Shown: in pieces, positions 30,065-40,212 of the stretch | How the letters are laid out: each line of letters opens with the position of its first letter | Position numbering within the stretch: position 1 is the stretch's first letter | Position numbers and translations under genes: made by a program | NCBI GenBank assembly: GCA_022072165.1 | Contig: JAJVIF010000004.1 | Location: 79,667 to 143,666 of the forward strand | Length of the DNA stretch: 64,000 nt | Direction: 5' to 3' | Origin: a bacterium | Lineage (GTDB): Bacteria > JAJVIF01 | The notes under the pieces: model-generated | Databases searched by the model: none | Seen by the model: the letters and a program-made list of their open reading frames with translations, nothing else | What the model was told of the DNA's origin: nothing

Positions 30065-32815
30065 ATGCGCTTCGCTGCTCTCCTCGGACTCAGTCCGCTT
30101 CTGCTGCTTGCGGGATGTACCTCGACCGCCGACTCACTTGCGGTGCCTGCTGACGTTCCGCTACCTGGTAACGTCGCCAGTACGGTGGCCGCTGGAGTGT
30201 CGGGACTCTGGGGGCTCTATGACCTCACCATCGATGCGGAGTCGCTGAGCGCGGCCACGATCCTGCTGTCGCCCCGGTCGCTCCAGGCGAATGACGATCT
30301 GTACCTCCTTTCGATCGATGCGTTCCTGCAGCCCGGGTCGTTTCAGATCCGGCAGGTGACGGTCAATGGAGGGGACCTGGTCCTGACCTGGCGTCTGACC
30401 CATCCCTTCCCAGCCCCCCAGGACCCGGCTGGGACACCGAATGGCTCCACGAACCGGGCGGACCTGGGGATCGCCGGGATGCTGGCGTTCCTGCTGGATG
30501 CCCCCGCGACCGGTAACACGTACTTCACCGACGTCATCGCCAACACCGCGCTGGTCGCGAACCCCGATGCCTATGTCCGACCTGCCGCGGTGATCGTGGA
30601 CCCGGGCATGACCGCGAATACTTTTCCGTATCAGGCCTTTGTGGATGAAAGCGGCAACGGCAGCCGGGTCGGCATCTCCAATGGCGGCGATGTCACCGGC
30701 AACTTCGGCAGTGATGGCTGGACCCGGGCGGAGCTCGGTGCGGGCAACGATGGCTGGACCGGCTACGGTGTTCTGCATCAGGGGCAGGCGAGCGAGCGGG
30801 AAGTCCGGGTCCCCCTCGCGGCACTGCAGGCAGCGGGTCCGGTGTCACTCAAAGTCGCGCTGATCGCGAAGTACAACGACCCCCGGGGCGGACTGACTCC
30901 CGCTGAGAAGAAGGCGAATCGCCTCCCCCCCGCGAGTCCAGACGCGAGTCGCTTCGCCTACCGGATGCCGCATGGTGCCCTGGATGTTGCGGCCATCGAA
31001 GCGCTGCCCGAGTCGGGCGGGTTCATCCCCAATACCATCAGCGCGAGCACCCTGCGCTTCCGGGTGGTGGACTGGGATGCCCGGGCGACCGATACGACCT
31101 TCCCGGACCTGAGCGACGATCCGGCCTTTACGACGGTCGCCCCGGGCGAAAGCGGGATCCCGAGTCTGGCTATCTCGATCCCCGGCGTGCTGGGGAGTGC
31201 CGCGGTCGAGGACCTGTGGGATGCCAGCACGCTCACCGACGATGACTCAGCGTATGGTGGCGACAGCACGGCGGACAGTGGCCGTCCGGGTGATGCCCTG
31301 TATTTCGAGAAGGCAGTCACCAAAGCGGCGGGATCGGGGCAGGTAAGCGGCAACTTCACCGGACTGGTGCGGGTGTCCGATCCGGAGCCCACTAATCTCA
31401 TTACGGCGCTCGACCCCGCGTCCCTGCTGCCCCTCACCAGCGGCCAACCGGCGAATGTCACCTATCAGGCGTTCCAGGTCATGATGGCCCCCTCCGCAAC
31501 TCCAGGCTGGGCCGTGCAGCATGGGGGGACCGGGAATGACCTGCTCTATGCGGTCCATGCGACTCCCACGGGGGACTGCTATGTCGGCGGGGCATTCCTG
31601 GGAGCTGTTGACTTTGGGTTCGGCTCAGTCTCTCCCTCCGGGAGCAGCGACGCCTGGCTGCTCAAGCTGGATGCCGAGGGTGCGCCGGTGTGGGTCCGGA
31701 CTTTCGGCGGGACCGCCGGCGACCAGGTGAATCGCATCGCCACTGATCCGGTCACCGGTGATGTCGTGGTGACCGGGCTCTTCAACAACAGTTGCGACTT
31801 CGGTAACGGGACGCCCCTGGCGGCGGTCGGCAGTACCGACATCTACATCGCAAAGTACACCCCCACCAACGCCTTCGTCTGGGCCCGGGCTTATGGGACC
31901 GCCGGGGCAGATTCCGGACGGGGCATCGCGGTGGATGCCGCCGGTGAGGTGGTGGTCAGCGGCTCAGCGGTCGGGACCCTCGACCTCGGCGGAGGACCCG
32001 TGGCGGGGGCCGGACTCGCGGATGGCTGGCTCCTGAAGCTAACCAGCGGCGGGACCCATGTCTGGGACCGCCGCATCATGGGCTCGAGCATCGATTTCGC
32101 CCAGCGCGTGGCGGTCAACAGCAGCAACGAGGTCTATCTCGCCGGCGAAGCGCGTTCGATTGATCTCGGCGCGGGGGTTATCTGTTCTGCCGGTGGCGCG
32201 GATGGCTATGTGCTCAAGTACACCAGCACCGGGACCCTCCTCTGGACGCACTGGTGGGGGAGCAGCACCAATGATCTGGTGGATGACCTGGCGGTCGACA
32301 GTACGGGGGCGGCCTATGTTTGTGGCCCCTTTGGTGGGTCGCTCTCCCTGGGAGGTCCGGTGATCACCAACGCCGGCGGCTTTGATGGCTATCTCGTCAA
32401 AGTCAGCAACAGCGGTGTCTACCAGTGGGATTACACCATCCGGACCAGTGCAGTCACCCAGGATCGCATTCAGGGACTCGCCGTGAGTCCCACGGATCAG
32501 GTCACGATCTGCGGCGTCTTTGGCAACGATGTCGACTTTGGCGGCGGTCCACGGACTCACTCCACCAGTGGCGAGGATGCCTTCGTCGCCCGCCTTGCCT
32601 CCGATGGCACCTGGTTGTGGGATGCCATTTACACCGGGACAGGCAATCAGTCGCTCATCGATGTCGCCTCGGATAACGCGGGGGATGTCCGGAGTGGGGG
32701 GACGTTCCAGAACAGTGTCGATGCCGATCCAGGGGTGGGGGTCCAGACCTTCACGGCGGTCGGCGGGATCGATGCCTGGACCACGAAGCTCAAGGCGGCA
32801 ACCGGCCGCTTCTAG
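30065..32815 (+). CDS. large lipoprotein with beta-propeller-like repeats (SBBP-type)
   Basis: MRFAALLGLSPLLLLAGC lipobox; C-terminal half has repeated motifs DAWLLKLDAEG, DGWLLKLTSGG, DGYVLKYTSTG, DGYLVKVSNSG, DAFVARLASDG. Confidence 0.7.
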   Translation: MRFAALLGLSPLLLLAGCTSTADSLAVPADVPLPGNVASTVAAGVSGLWGLYDLTIDAESLSAATILLSPRSLQANDDLYLLSIDAFLQPGSFQIRQVTVNGGDLVLTWRLTHPFPAPQDPAGTPNGSTNRADLGIAGMLAFLLDAPATGNTYFTDVIANTALVANPDAYVRPAAVIVDPGMTANTFPYQAFVDESGNGSRVGISNGGDVTGNFGSDGWTRAELGAGNDGWTGYGVLHQGQASEREVRVPLAALQAAGPVSLKVALIAKYNDPRGGLTPAEKKANRLPPASPDASRFAYRMPHGALDVAAIEALPESGGFIPNTISASTLRFRVVDWDARATDTTFPDLSDDPAFTTVAPGESGIPSLAISIPGVLGSAAVEDLWDASTLTDDDSAYGGDSTADSGRPGDALYFEKAVTKAAGSGQVSGNFTGLVRVSDPEPTNLITALDPASLLPLTSGQPANVTYQAFQVMMAPSATPGWAVQHGGTGNDLLYAVHATPTGDCYVGGAFLGAVDFGFGSVSPSGSSDAWLLKLDAEGAPVWVRTFGGTAGDQVNRIATDPVTGDVVVTGLFNNSCDFGNGTPLAAVGSTDIYIAKYTPTNAFVWARAYGTAGADSGRGIAVDAAGEVVVSGSAVGTLDLGGGPVAGAGLADGWLLKLTSGGTHVWDRRIMGSSIDFAQRVAVNSSNEVYLAGEARSIDLGAGVICSAGGADGYVLKYTSTGTLLWTHWWGSSTNDLVDDLAVDSTGAAYVCGPFGGSLSLGGPVITNAGGFDGYLVKVSNSGVYQWDYTIRTSAVTQDRIQGLAVSPTDQVTICGVFGNDVDFGGGPRTHSTSGEDAFVARLASDGTWLWDAIYTGTGNQSLIDVASDNAGDVRSGGTFQNSVDADPGVGVQTFTAVGGIDAWTTKLKAATGRF

Positions 32816-33369
32816 CGGGTCGCTGTTTTCTTCGGATCGGCAGGTTCAGCGGGCGCAGGATCGCTGGCCAGCGTCGGCATGGCCCCGACTTCCCGCCGCC
32901 CCAGGGCGTACTCCAGTCGCCGGAAGCCCCGGGTGTGCGCCCATTCGCGACGGGAGAGCGGCTCGATCAGGATGGCGGTCATCCCCCCCCACTTGGCGGC
33001 CAGCAGGTCGGTGAAGAGCTGATCGCCACATAGGGCGACCTGTGTCGCGGGGAGCCCGAGTGTCCGGAGATTCCCCCGCAGGCCGATGTTCAGCGGCTTG
33101 TAGGCCCTGGGGGTCTCGGGGAGCTCCAGCAGCGTGGCCATGCGACGGATCCGGTTTTGCTGGGCATTGGAATAGAGGGCGATCCGGAAGCCGCAATCTT
33201 TCGCGTCCTGCAGCCACTGCCGGGCGGCGGGGGTGAGGTCGTATTGATCGTGATGCGCGAGGGTGTTGTCGAGGTCGAGGAGGAGCCCCCGGAGTCCCTG
33301 CTGCCAGAGGTGGTCCAGGGGCACCGCTTCAAGCGCGTCGCAGTGATAGTGGGGCTGAAAGAGGGTCAT
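32812..33369 (-). CDS. HAD-IIIA family phosphatase (YqeG-like)
   Basis: LRGLLLDLDNTL motif I, C-terminal GDQLFTDLLAAKWGG. Confidence 0.65.
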   Translation of the reverse strand: MTLFQPHYHCDALEAVPLDHLWQQGLRGLLLDLDNTLAHHDQYDLTPAARQWLQDAKDCGFRIALYSNAQQNRIRRMATLLELPETPRAYKPLNIGLRGNLRTLGLPATQVALCGDQLFTDLLAAKWGGMTAILIEPLSRREWAHTRGFRRLEYALGRREVGAMPTLASDPAPAEPADPKKTATR

Positions 33370-33482
33370 CGGTATGGTAAGGGGATGATAGCCGACCCGG
33401 AGATCGCTTCTTTGAAAACAGGCAGAAAGGGACCCCGCCGTTGCTGGTGGGGTCATAGTTGGAAGCACCTTGTGATGGCGGC

Positions 33483-34781
33483 TTAGTAGTTCCAGAAGTC
33501 GGAGTACTCGATGGCTCCAAGAGGGGTGATGAGGTGATTGTGATGCGGCAAGCCTACTCCTGGCATGGCGACGACACCCTCAAAGTCGACTGGCTGTGAC
33601 GAGCCATCATGGATCAGCGTGCCATCGTAGGTCAGATCGTCATAGAATCCGTCGTCGTCTGTGTCTTTCAGCTCCACGATCATCTCAAAGACTGGAGCGT
33701 TCGACTCCCAGGTGTCTGGCTCGGGCTCTACGAACGGATGTCCGTCGGCATAACAACAACCGACGGGTGCGATGGTCCCGGTGTTGGTCCGAATTTTCGC
33801 GTGATAGATCAGCGATGACTTGTGCTCTTCGATCGTGGCTGTCCCAAAGGTGTTGAGATAGAAGGCGTCGGACCACAGGAAGAGATCCGGGGCGGTGGTC
33901 GACGGAATCGCGGCATTGCCAAGCATGGTGGACAATCTGCCGTATTCTCTGAGCCCAAAGGCGACAGTGGTTCCGGCCAAACCGTCTGCGACTCCCTGGC
34001 GATACACCTGCTCTGCCTGAGAGTGAGGGCCCCCTTCCGCATTGAATTCCTGGATCCAGCTTTTTAGAACCTGGCCGATCTGAATCCAGTTTCCGGTATG
34101 GGGCCGGGCGATCAGGAGATCGATGTAGGTCTCTTCAAGTTTCTGCTGCAGGGCCAGATCGTAGTCAGCATACGGAAACACGGACTTATCCAGCCGACCA
34201 GACTCCACGGCGATTCGCAGAAAGTCGCCATAAACCGTGATCAGTGGCAGGATTTGGACACCATAACGCTGTCGCTTCGTGGCTTCTCCAGCGAAGGACC
34301 AGTTGTCGAACTGGGGACCCGCCACCACTGGCTTCTTCCACTTGGCGGTGTGGTCCGCTGCATCGGTGGCGACGAGCTCCAGCATAAGGTTGCCCTCGCC
34401 TAACCGCTTGTCCGCCGTGAAATCGAGGCGAAAGGCGCCAGTCTGATGGTCGAAGTAAGAATTCGGTGCGGCCTGTAACAGGTGATCCAGGTTCAACTCT
34501 ACGGACTGCTGTGTCGAGATGTTCAGCACATGCAGCTTCAGGGCATTCGGGTCGCCAGGCGAGAGCCCCGCCTGAGACTGCACTGATCCCTCGAAGAGGG
34601 TGAAGCCGTGAGGGAGAAACTCCCAGGCGCCTGGAGTGGATGTCATGATGAGTTCGATAGGACCCGTTCCTGCCAGGCGGTCGGGCGTGGGGCTGGTCTG
34701 ATTGGGTTTCCCAGCCTGACAGCCGAAGAGACTCAGGCCAGCCAGGCACAGGAGGAACCAGAGGGATGTCGTGGCCTTCAT
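33483..34781 (-). CDS. lipoprotein, function unknown
   Basis: MKATTSLWFLLCLAGLSLFGC lipobox; start overlaps upstream gene stop in a TAATG arrangement at 34781. Confidence 0.6.
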   Translation of the reverse strand: MKATTSLWFLLCLAGLSLFGCQAGKPNQTSPTPDRLAGTGPIELIMTSTPGAWEFLPHGFTLFEGSVQSQAGLSPGDPNALKLHVLNISTQQSVELNLDHLLQAAPNSYFDHQTGAFRLDFTADKRLGEGNLMLELVATDAADHTAKWKKPVVAGPQFDNWSFAGEATKRQRYGVQILPLITVYGDFLRIAVESGRLDKSVFPYADYDLALQQKLEETYIDLLIARPHTGNWIQIGQVLKSWIQEFNAEGGPHSQAEQVYRQGVADGLAGTTVAFGLREYGRLSTMLGNAAIPSTTAPDLFLWSDAFYLNTFGTATIEEHKSSLIYHAKIRTNTGTIAPVGCCYADGHPFVEPEPDTWESNAPVFEMIVELKDTDDDGFYDDLTYDGTLIHDGSSQPVDFEGVVAMPGVGLPHHNHLITPLGAIEYSDFWNY

Positions 34782-35047
34782 TAACAGATACCTCCTCTCA
34801 GCGCGACCTGTCGAGCCGCTTCCCTACAGAGGTCGTTGACTGCTGTTGCTACGCCGGAGGGGACCTGACCACCACTATTGGTGCGAATCCAGTTCATGGG
34901 ATTTTGCAGGACGGTACCGATGCTGCCAACAACCCCGTTCGCTGCTCCCCCTGGCTGTGAACTGCATCCGGCCCACAGCAATGCGAGGACGAGTACGCTC
35001 ACTACAGGCCAGCTGTCACGGGGCCGCAGCTTGGTATGCTGTTCCAT
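34781..35047 (-). CDS. small lipoprotein
   Basis: MEQHTKLRPRDSWPVVSVLVLALLWAGCSS (lipobox LWAGC), AGAGGGA RBS upstream. Confidence 0.45.
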   Translation of the reverse strand: MEQHTKLRPRDSWPVVSVLVLALLWAGCSSQPGGAANGVVGSIGTVLQNPMNWIRTNSGGQVPSGVATAVNDLCREAARQVALRGGIC

Positions 35048-35086
35048 GTTGTTCCCTCTGTAAAGGGTTAGAGTGAATGCAATCTT

Positions 35087-35106
35087 ACACACACACACAC
35101 ACACAC
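35087..35106. repeat. dinucleotide microsatellite (AC)10
   Basis: ACACACACACACACACACAC sits 40-60 nt upstream of the 35047 start codon, in the divergent intergenic region shared with korA. Confidence 0.9.
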
Positions 35107-35304
35107 GACTGCCTGCGATGAAAATCTCAAAATTTTCTCTGGAGTTCCGCACTGCCCGACTGCCGGACAGTTTTGGGTACTGAAACGCAGAATTCCGCTG
35201 AAACTAGGGTAGAGTGTGTGCTTGTGTCCCGGCACTGGTTCGCCGGGCCAAACTGGGGTGTCCTGACCCTTGGACCACCCCCGAAAGTCAGGTTCCGGAG
35301 CATC

Positions 35305-37143
35305 GTGGCCACTACCATCGAGTCCGCGTCAGCGCAGAGTGCCGGCATCAAGCTAAATGACCTGGTGATTCGCCTCGCCGGGGAAGGGGGCGAAGGCGTC
35401 GTGTCCACCGGCCGGATGCTGGGCGACGCATTTGTCCGTTGCAACCTGAAGATTTTCACGTTCCAGACCTTCCCGGCAGAAATCAAGGGTGGGACGGTGA
35501 TGTACCAGCTGCGGACCAACGCGCAGCCGATCCGTACCCAGGGCGATGTCGCGGACTGCTTCGCGGTTTTCACCCAGGAGGGGTACGACAAGTACGCCGC
35601 GCAGATGCCCTCCGACAGCTATGTCCTGTTCAATGCCGATGAGGTGAAGGGGGTCTCGGACCGCTTCACTGCGACTTATGGGGTCCCGATGACCGCCCTT
35701 GCCCGCGAGGTGGGGGATGTCATCACGAAGACGACCGTGGGTGCCGGTGCCATCGCCGCCATGCTCCACATGGATCTGTCGATCTTCGAGGACCTCCTCC
35801 GCAAGCGTTTCGCCAGCAAAGCGAAAAAGCAGATTGCCGAGGCCCAGGCGAAAGGGACCTGGCAGGAGGGGCAGGAAGCGCCCATCGTCGCGGTCAACCT
35901 TGCCGCGCTCCGGGTCGGCTATGAATTTTTCCGGAAGCTCGAGGCGGAGAGCAACGCCACGACGCCGTTCCGGATTGAGCCAATCGCCGGCGAGCAGAAG
36001 ATGATCGCCACCGGGAATCGCATGATTGCGCTCGGTGCCCTCGCCGCGGGTTGCCGCACCTACGCCGGCTACCCCATCACGCCCGCCACGGACATTATGG
36101 AAGAGCTGGCGAAGTTCATGCCGCAGTTCGGCGGCTCCGTGATGCAGGTGGAGGACGAAATTGCCGCGCTGGGGGTGGTGGTCGGGGCCTCCTACGCTGG
36201 TCAGCGGGCGTTCACCGCGACCTCCGGACCAGGTGTCAGCCTCATGATCGAGATGCTGGGGCTCGCCTCCATGCTGGAGCTCCCCATCGTGATCGTCGAT
36301 GCCATGCGGGCGGGACCCTCTACTGGGATGCCCACCAAGACCGAGCAGGGCGACCTCTACATGGCAGCCTTCGCGGGGCATGGGGATTCCCCGCGCATCG
36401 TGCTCGCGCCCCGCACGGTCACGGACTGCTTCTGGGTGATGGTGGAAGCCTTCAATCTCGCCGAGAAGTACCAGGTGCCGGTGCTGGTGCTGACTGACCA
36501 GTCGCTGGCGGCCCGCAACGAGTCCGTGGATCGTCCCGACCTCTCCCTCATCGAACTGGAGCCCCGGCTGGTGCCCACCACCGAGCAGCTGGAGCACTTC
36601 GCCCGGTACGAGATCACCGAATCCGGCGTCTCGCCCTTCGCGGTCCCCGGCACCCCCGGTGGGATGAACTTCTCTACCGGTGTGGAGCACGATGAGGGGG
36701 GCAACATCAAGCACGACCCGTGGGTGCACCGGGAAATGACCCAGAAGCGGTTCCGCAAGCTGCAGACCGCTATTGCCGCCGGCGATCTGAACAGCATCGA
36801 GCCCTATGGCGACCCGGCAGCGAAGCTGGGGATCCTCGCCTGGGGATCCAACTACGGGATCATTCAGGAAGCGGTCGACCTGGTGGCGGCGAAGGGCGTG
36901 GTGGTGGAGTTCCTCTGCCCGCGCACGCTCTTCCCGGTGGTCCGCCCGGAACTGGAGCCATTCCTCCAGAAGTACGATCAGGTCCTGGTCCCGGAGAACA
37001 ACTTCCAGGGGCAGTATCTGACCATCCTGCGGAACGAGTTCCCCGAGCTGGCCAGCAAGCTCAAGCCAGTGCATAAGTACGAAGGGCTGCCTTTTACCCC
37101 GTCGGAGATTGCCGACGCCATCATGGAAGCGGTGCAAGCATGA
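35305..37143 (+). CDS. korA: 2-oxoacid:ferredoxin oxidoreductase alpha subunit
   Basis: GTG start with GGAG RBS; KLNDLVIRLAGEGGEGVVSTG and GYPITPATDIMEEL are typical of KorA/PorA family. Confidence 0.85.
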   Translation: MATTIESASAQSAGIKLNDLVIRLAGEGGEGVVSTGRMLGDAFVRCNLKIFTFQTFPAEIKGGTVMYQLRTNAQPIRTQGDVADCFAVFTQEGYDKYAAQMPSDSYVLFNADEVKGVSDRFTATYGVPMTALAREVGDVITKTTVGAGAIAAMLHMDLSIFEDLLRKRFASKAKKQIAEAQAKGTWQEGQEAPIVAVNLAALRVGYEFFRKLEAESNATTPFRIEPIAGEQKMIATGNRMIALGALAAGCRTYAGYPITPATDIMEELAKFMPQFGGSVMQVEDEIAALGVVVGASYAGQRAFTATSGPGVSLMIEMLGLASMLELPIVIVDAMRAGPSTGMPTKTEQGDLYMAAFAGHGDSPRIVLAPRTVTDCFWVMVEAFNLAEKYQVPVLVLTDQSLAARNESVDRPDLSLIELEPRLVPTTEQLEHFARYEITESGVSPFAVPGTPGGMNFSTGVEHDEGGNIKHDPWVHREMTQKRFRKLQTAIAAGDLNSIEPYGDPAAKLGILAWGSNYGIIQEAVDLVAAKGVVVEFLCPRTLFPVVRPELEPFLQKYDQVLVPENNFQGQYLTILRNEFPELASKLKPVHKYEGLPFTPSEIADAIMEAVQA

Positions 37144-38015
37144 CAGACGTGATGACGCCAGAAGTCGTGGCCAAGAAGCCGAACGACTACAAGACCAGCA
37201 TGAAGCCGATCTGGTGCCCCGGCTGTGGGGACTTCGGTGTCCTTTCCAGCCTCTATAAGGCCATGGCGGACCTCAACATCGAGCCGCATCAGGTGGCCAC
37301 CGTCTCCGGCATCGGCTGCTCCGGTCGATTCCCCGGCTTCGTCTCCAGCTACGGCCTGCATACGGTGCATGGTCGCGCTCTCACGGTCGCGACCGGCGTG
37401 AAGGTCGGCAATCCCGACCTCCATGTCATTGCACTGGGGGGCGATGGCGATGCCTTCTCGATTGGAGGGAATCACCTGGCCCACGCCGCGCGCCGTAATC
37501 CGGACATCACTTACGTCATCATGGACAACGAAGTCTATGGGCTCACCAAGGGGCAGTATTCCCCCACCACCCATGGTGGCTGGCTCTCCAAGACGGATCC
37601 CTATGGCGAAACCGAAGGAGCGTTGAATCCGGGCGAGCTCCTTATCAGCTATGACACCGCCTGGTATGGACGGGGCTACTCCGGCAAGCCGAAGCAGCTC
37701 ACCGACCTCATGAAGGAAGCGATCCAGTTCCCCGGCTTCGCGGTGGTTCATGTCATCAGCCCCTGCACGACTTTCCGGGGCCTGAACTATCAGCATGAGT
37801 TCGCCACCAAGCTCCGGGATCTGCCCGAAGGGTACGACCCCACCAACAAGCTGGAGGCGTATCGCATGGTGCAGGATCGTGACGAGTGGTACATGGGGTG
37901 CATTTACAAGAACCCCAACAAGCCGACCCAGCAACAGCGCCTGGATCATGTGAAATCGAAGGCCACACAGGTGGAGCAGAGCCTCACCGCGATCTTCGAC
38001 TCGATGACCCATTAG
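37140..38015 (+). CDS. korB: 2-oxoacid:ferredoxin oxidoreductase beta subunit (TPP-binding)
   Basis: IWCPGCGDFGVL and GGDGDAFSIGGNHL TPP motifs; 4-bp overlap with korA. Confidence 0.9.
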   Translation: MTDVMTPEVVAKKPNDYKTSMKPIWCPGCGDFGVLSSLYKAMADLNIEPHQVATVSGIGCSGRFPGFVSSYGLHTVHGRALTVATGVKVGNPDLHVIALGGDGDAFSIGGNHLAHAARRNPDITYVIMDNEVYGLTKGQYSPTTHGGWLSKTDPYGETEGALNPGELLISYDTAWYGRGYSGKPKQLTDLMKEAIQFPGFAVVHVISPCTTFRGLNYQHEFATKLRDLPEGYDPTNKLEAYRMVQDRDEWYMGCIYKNPNKPTQQQRLDHVKSKATQVEQSLTAIFDSMTH

Positions 38016-38129
38016 CGTCTGGCATCGGCCGTTACGCAACAGCGCTCCCGGACCTCCGGGAGCGCTTTGTTTCAGGCGGCGCGATGCGGTGTGACTACAG
38101 GACGCCTGTGTCGATGGTGTAGCGGGCGG

Positions 38130-39755
38130 TTAGTAGGTGCACTCCAGCTCGCCATACCAGGGCGACCGGAGCGCCGAGGGAAGCGTCACTTTCGCCCCGA
38201 GCATGACATGGGGGTAGTACATCCGCTTTGGGAAATTCTCGGGGTTGCGTGCCTGATGGACTGTCACCACGAGAGTGTCTTCAAAGACCGCGACCCGCCA
38301 GCGGATTAGTTCGATGATCCGCTCCTGGAGCTCCTCCGGGAAGGGGACCCAGCCATGCCAGGTGAGGCTCCCGTTGCTGGAGTCGAAGAGTCCGAGTCGC
38401 AGGATGGGTTTGCCCTGATTGACGCTGGCCGGGGGAAAGATGACGACATGCAGCACCAGGAGTTCCGTATCGCTCCAGCCGACCAGGCGATACGGCGGGG
38501 TGGCGGTGATGGGCAGCTCGTTCTGGACCGCATCGATGAGTGACCGGTCCGTGATTGTGCTCGTGGACCCGGTGTCGACCCGTTCGATCTGGATACTGTG
38601 GACCTGGGCACCTTCCACGATCTTCCACATCGCCAGCTCGGTGCCCCCTTTGCGCTCTTCCAGCCAGCCCTGGGCATACGACAGCAGCTCATTCGGTATG
38701 GGCCGCGCGGTATGGGCATAGCGATGTGCCGGATAGCCGGTGGACTCGAGGCTCACGACGATGGGAGGCTGACGCAGGGGCTCGGTCCAGTGCCGATGAA
38801 AGTGCGTGGGGCCCTGGGCTTGCGTGGTCCGCTCCCTGGCGGCTTTCAGATCGATGCGGGCGGTGGGGTCGGTCAGCGCGACACCTCCTGGTACCTGCAA
38901 CGTCCCCAGCGCGCTCTCTCCGCGCATGGTCGGGCGGATGCGGAGTACGCCGGCGCGATCGCTGTGTGCCAGCCAGGTGGAAATCACCGGAGGCAGAGGA
39001 TTGCGCTGATACATGGCGTAGTCGGAGAGTTCGACGGTCACCGGGAGTGGCACCCGGGAGGTTCCGGTGCCGGTCTGGGGGTCGACCCAGGCGAACTCGG
39101 CCGGGGCGAGTCCTTCCTTCCGCTGCTGGATGGCAGCTTCGGTCTTCGGCTCCACCAGGAGTCCCAGACGGGATCCGGTGGTGGGCAATAACTCGACCCC
39201 ATGCATCACTTCTCTGGTGAGGAGGGCGGGGTCCAGCAGTACCCGGTGTTCTTCGACGAGGGTGTCAGGATTCAGGGCCAGGAGGGCTGGCGTGGTGCCC
39301 TGATCCGTCCCGATAAACCAGAGCCGTCCCTTTTGCCCGGTGCCGTGATAAGCCCAGAACTTGTCAGGGATGTGCTCAGCGTTCTTGGTGCCGTCAGTCC
39401 AGCGCTCAATGCGGACCTGATGCTTCTCCTGACCGAGGAAGTAGGGCCCATCGGGGGTCAGGATCCAGGGGGAAATCGTGAGTTGCTCGTGGCCGATTTC
39501 CCGCGATGTGGGAATCGACCAGGTGGCGTCGAGTTGCGGGCCGCCGACCGCCCAGGTAGCGGGGAGTGGTTTGGGCTGCGGGACGGGGATGCGCCACCAC
39601 CACCAGAGGGCGAGAATCGGCCCGACTGTCAGCGCCAGCGCGGCGAAGGCGCATCCTCCGCAGCAGGAGCGGGGACGTGTCGTCGCCGGGGGGCCGGGGA
39701 CGGTGCCCTGGGCAGAAAAGGGAGCGGCTGGTGGCGGGATCGAGGTACGGCTCAT
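38130..39755 (-). CDS. hypothetical membrane-anchored protein
   Basis: 541-aa ORF, N-terminal hydrophobic segment CAFAALALTVGPILALWWWW; no domain recognised. Confidence 0.5.
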   Translation of the reverse strand: MSRTSIPPPAAPFSAQGTVPGPPATTRPRSCCGGCAFAALALTVGPILALWWWWRIPVPQPKPLPATWAVGGPQLDATWSIPTSREIGHEQLTISPWILTPDGPYFLGQEKHQVRIERWTDGTKNAEHIPDKFWAYHGTGQKGRLWFIGTDQGTTPALLALNPDTLVEEHRVLLDPALLTREVMHGVELLPTTGSRLGLLVEPKTEAAIQQRKEGLAPAEFAWVDPQTGTGTSRVPLPVTVELSDYAMYQRNPLPPVISTWLAHSDRAGVLRIRPTMRGESALGTLQVPGGVALTDPTARIDLKAARERTTQAQGPTHFHRHWTEPLRQPPIVVSLESTGYPAHRYAHTARPIPNELLSYAQGWLEERKGGTELAMWKIVEGAQVHSIQIERVDTGSTSTITDRSLIDAVQNELPITATPPYRLVGWSDTELLVLHVVIFPPASVNQGKPILRLGLFDSSNGSLTWHGWVPFPEELQERIIELIRWRVAVFEDTLVVTVHQARNPENFPKRMYYPHVMLGAKVTLPSALRSPWYGELECTY

Positions 39756-39801
39756 GCGGCTCCTGCTGGTTGGTCAGAGTCCGGAGTGAGGAGAAGGCGG
39801 C

Positions 39802-40125
39802 CTACGGTGCCGCGGCAGCAGGAGGGCCACCGCCCATCATGTTTTCGCGCTGATAGACCGAGTGCCGGGGGGGACCCGCCAGGATCTCCATGCCCCAGCG
39901 CTGCGCGGCCCGGAAGGCATCGGACTGGATGAACGCCATGAATTGTTCCCGGGTCTCCCAGTTGCTGTAGATCATGTAGGAACCCTGCTGATTGACATCG
40001 ACATAGAGCCGGGTTTCCTGGTGTCCCTCCATCCCCTGCATGGCGGTGATAACGTCTTTGGTGTAGTTCTCGAAATCCGTCTCGTGGCCGGGTTTCACGT
40101 CGTAGTTAAGTCCGAAGGTGAGCAT
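39802..40125 (-). CDS. ABM-domain (antibiotic biosynthesis monooxygenase-like) protein
   Basis: About 107 aa from MLTFGLNYDVKPGHETDFENYTKDVITAMQGMEGHQETRLY, resembling ABM fold proteins. Confidence 0.55.
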   Translation of the reverse strand: MLTFGLNYDVKPGHETDFENYTKDVITAMQGMEGHQETRLYVDVNQQGSYMIYSNWETREQFMAFIQSDAFRAAQRWGMEILAGPPRHSVYQRENMMGGGPPAAAAP

Positions 40126-40212
40126 GGATAAGCCTCGTGCGTAGGGTCTCTCTCTCGTAGGGGCCGGACAAAACCGGCGGCTGAGGATAGTGCATCCTCC
40201 ACGCCGCAAATG

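Noticed and set aside
35353-37137. 594-aa minus-strand ORF
   Set aside because: Antisense to korA, which shows conserved 2-oxoacid:ferredoxin oxidoreductase motifs.
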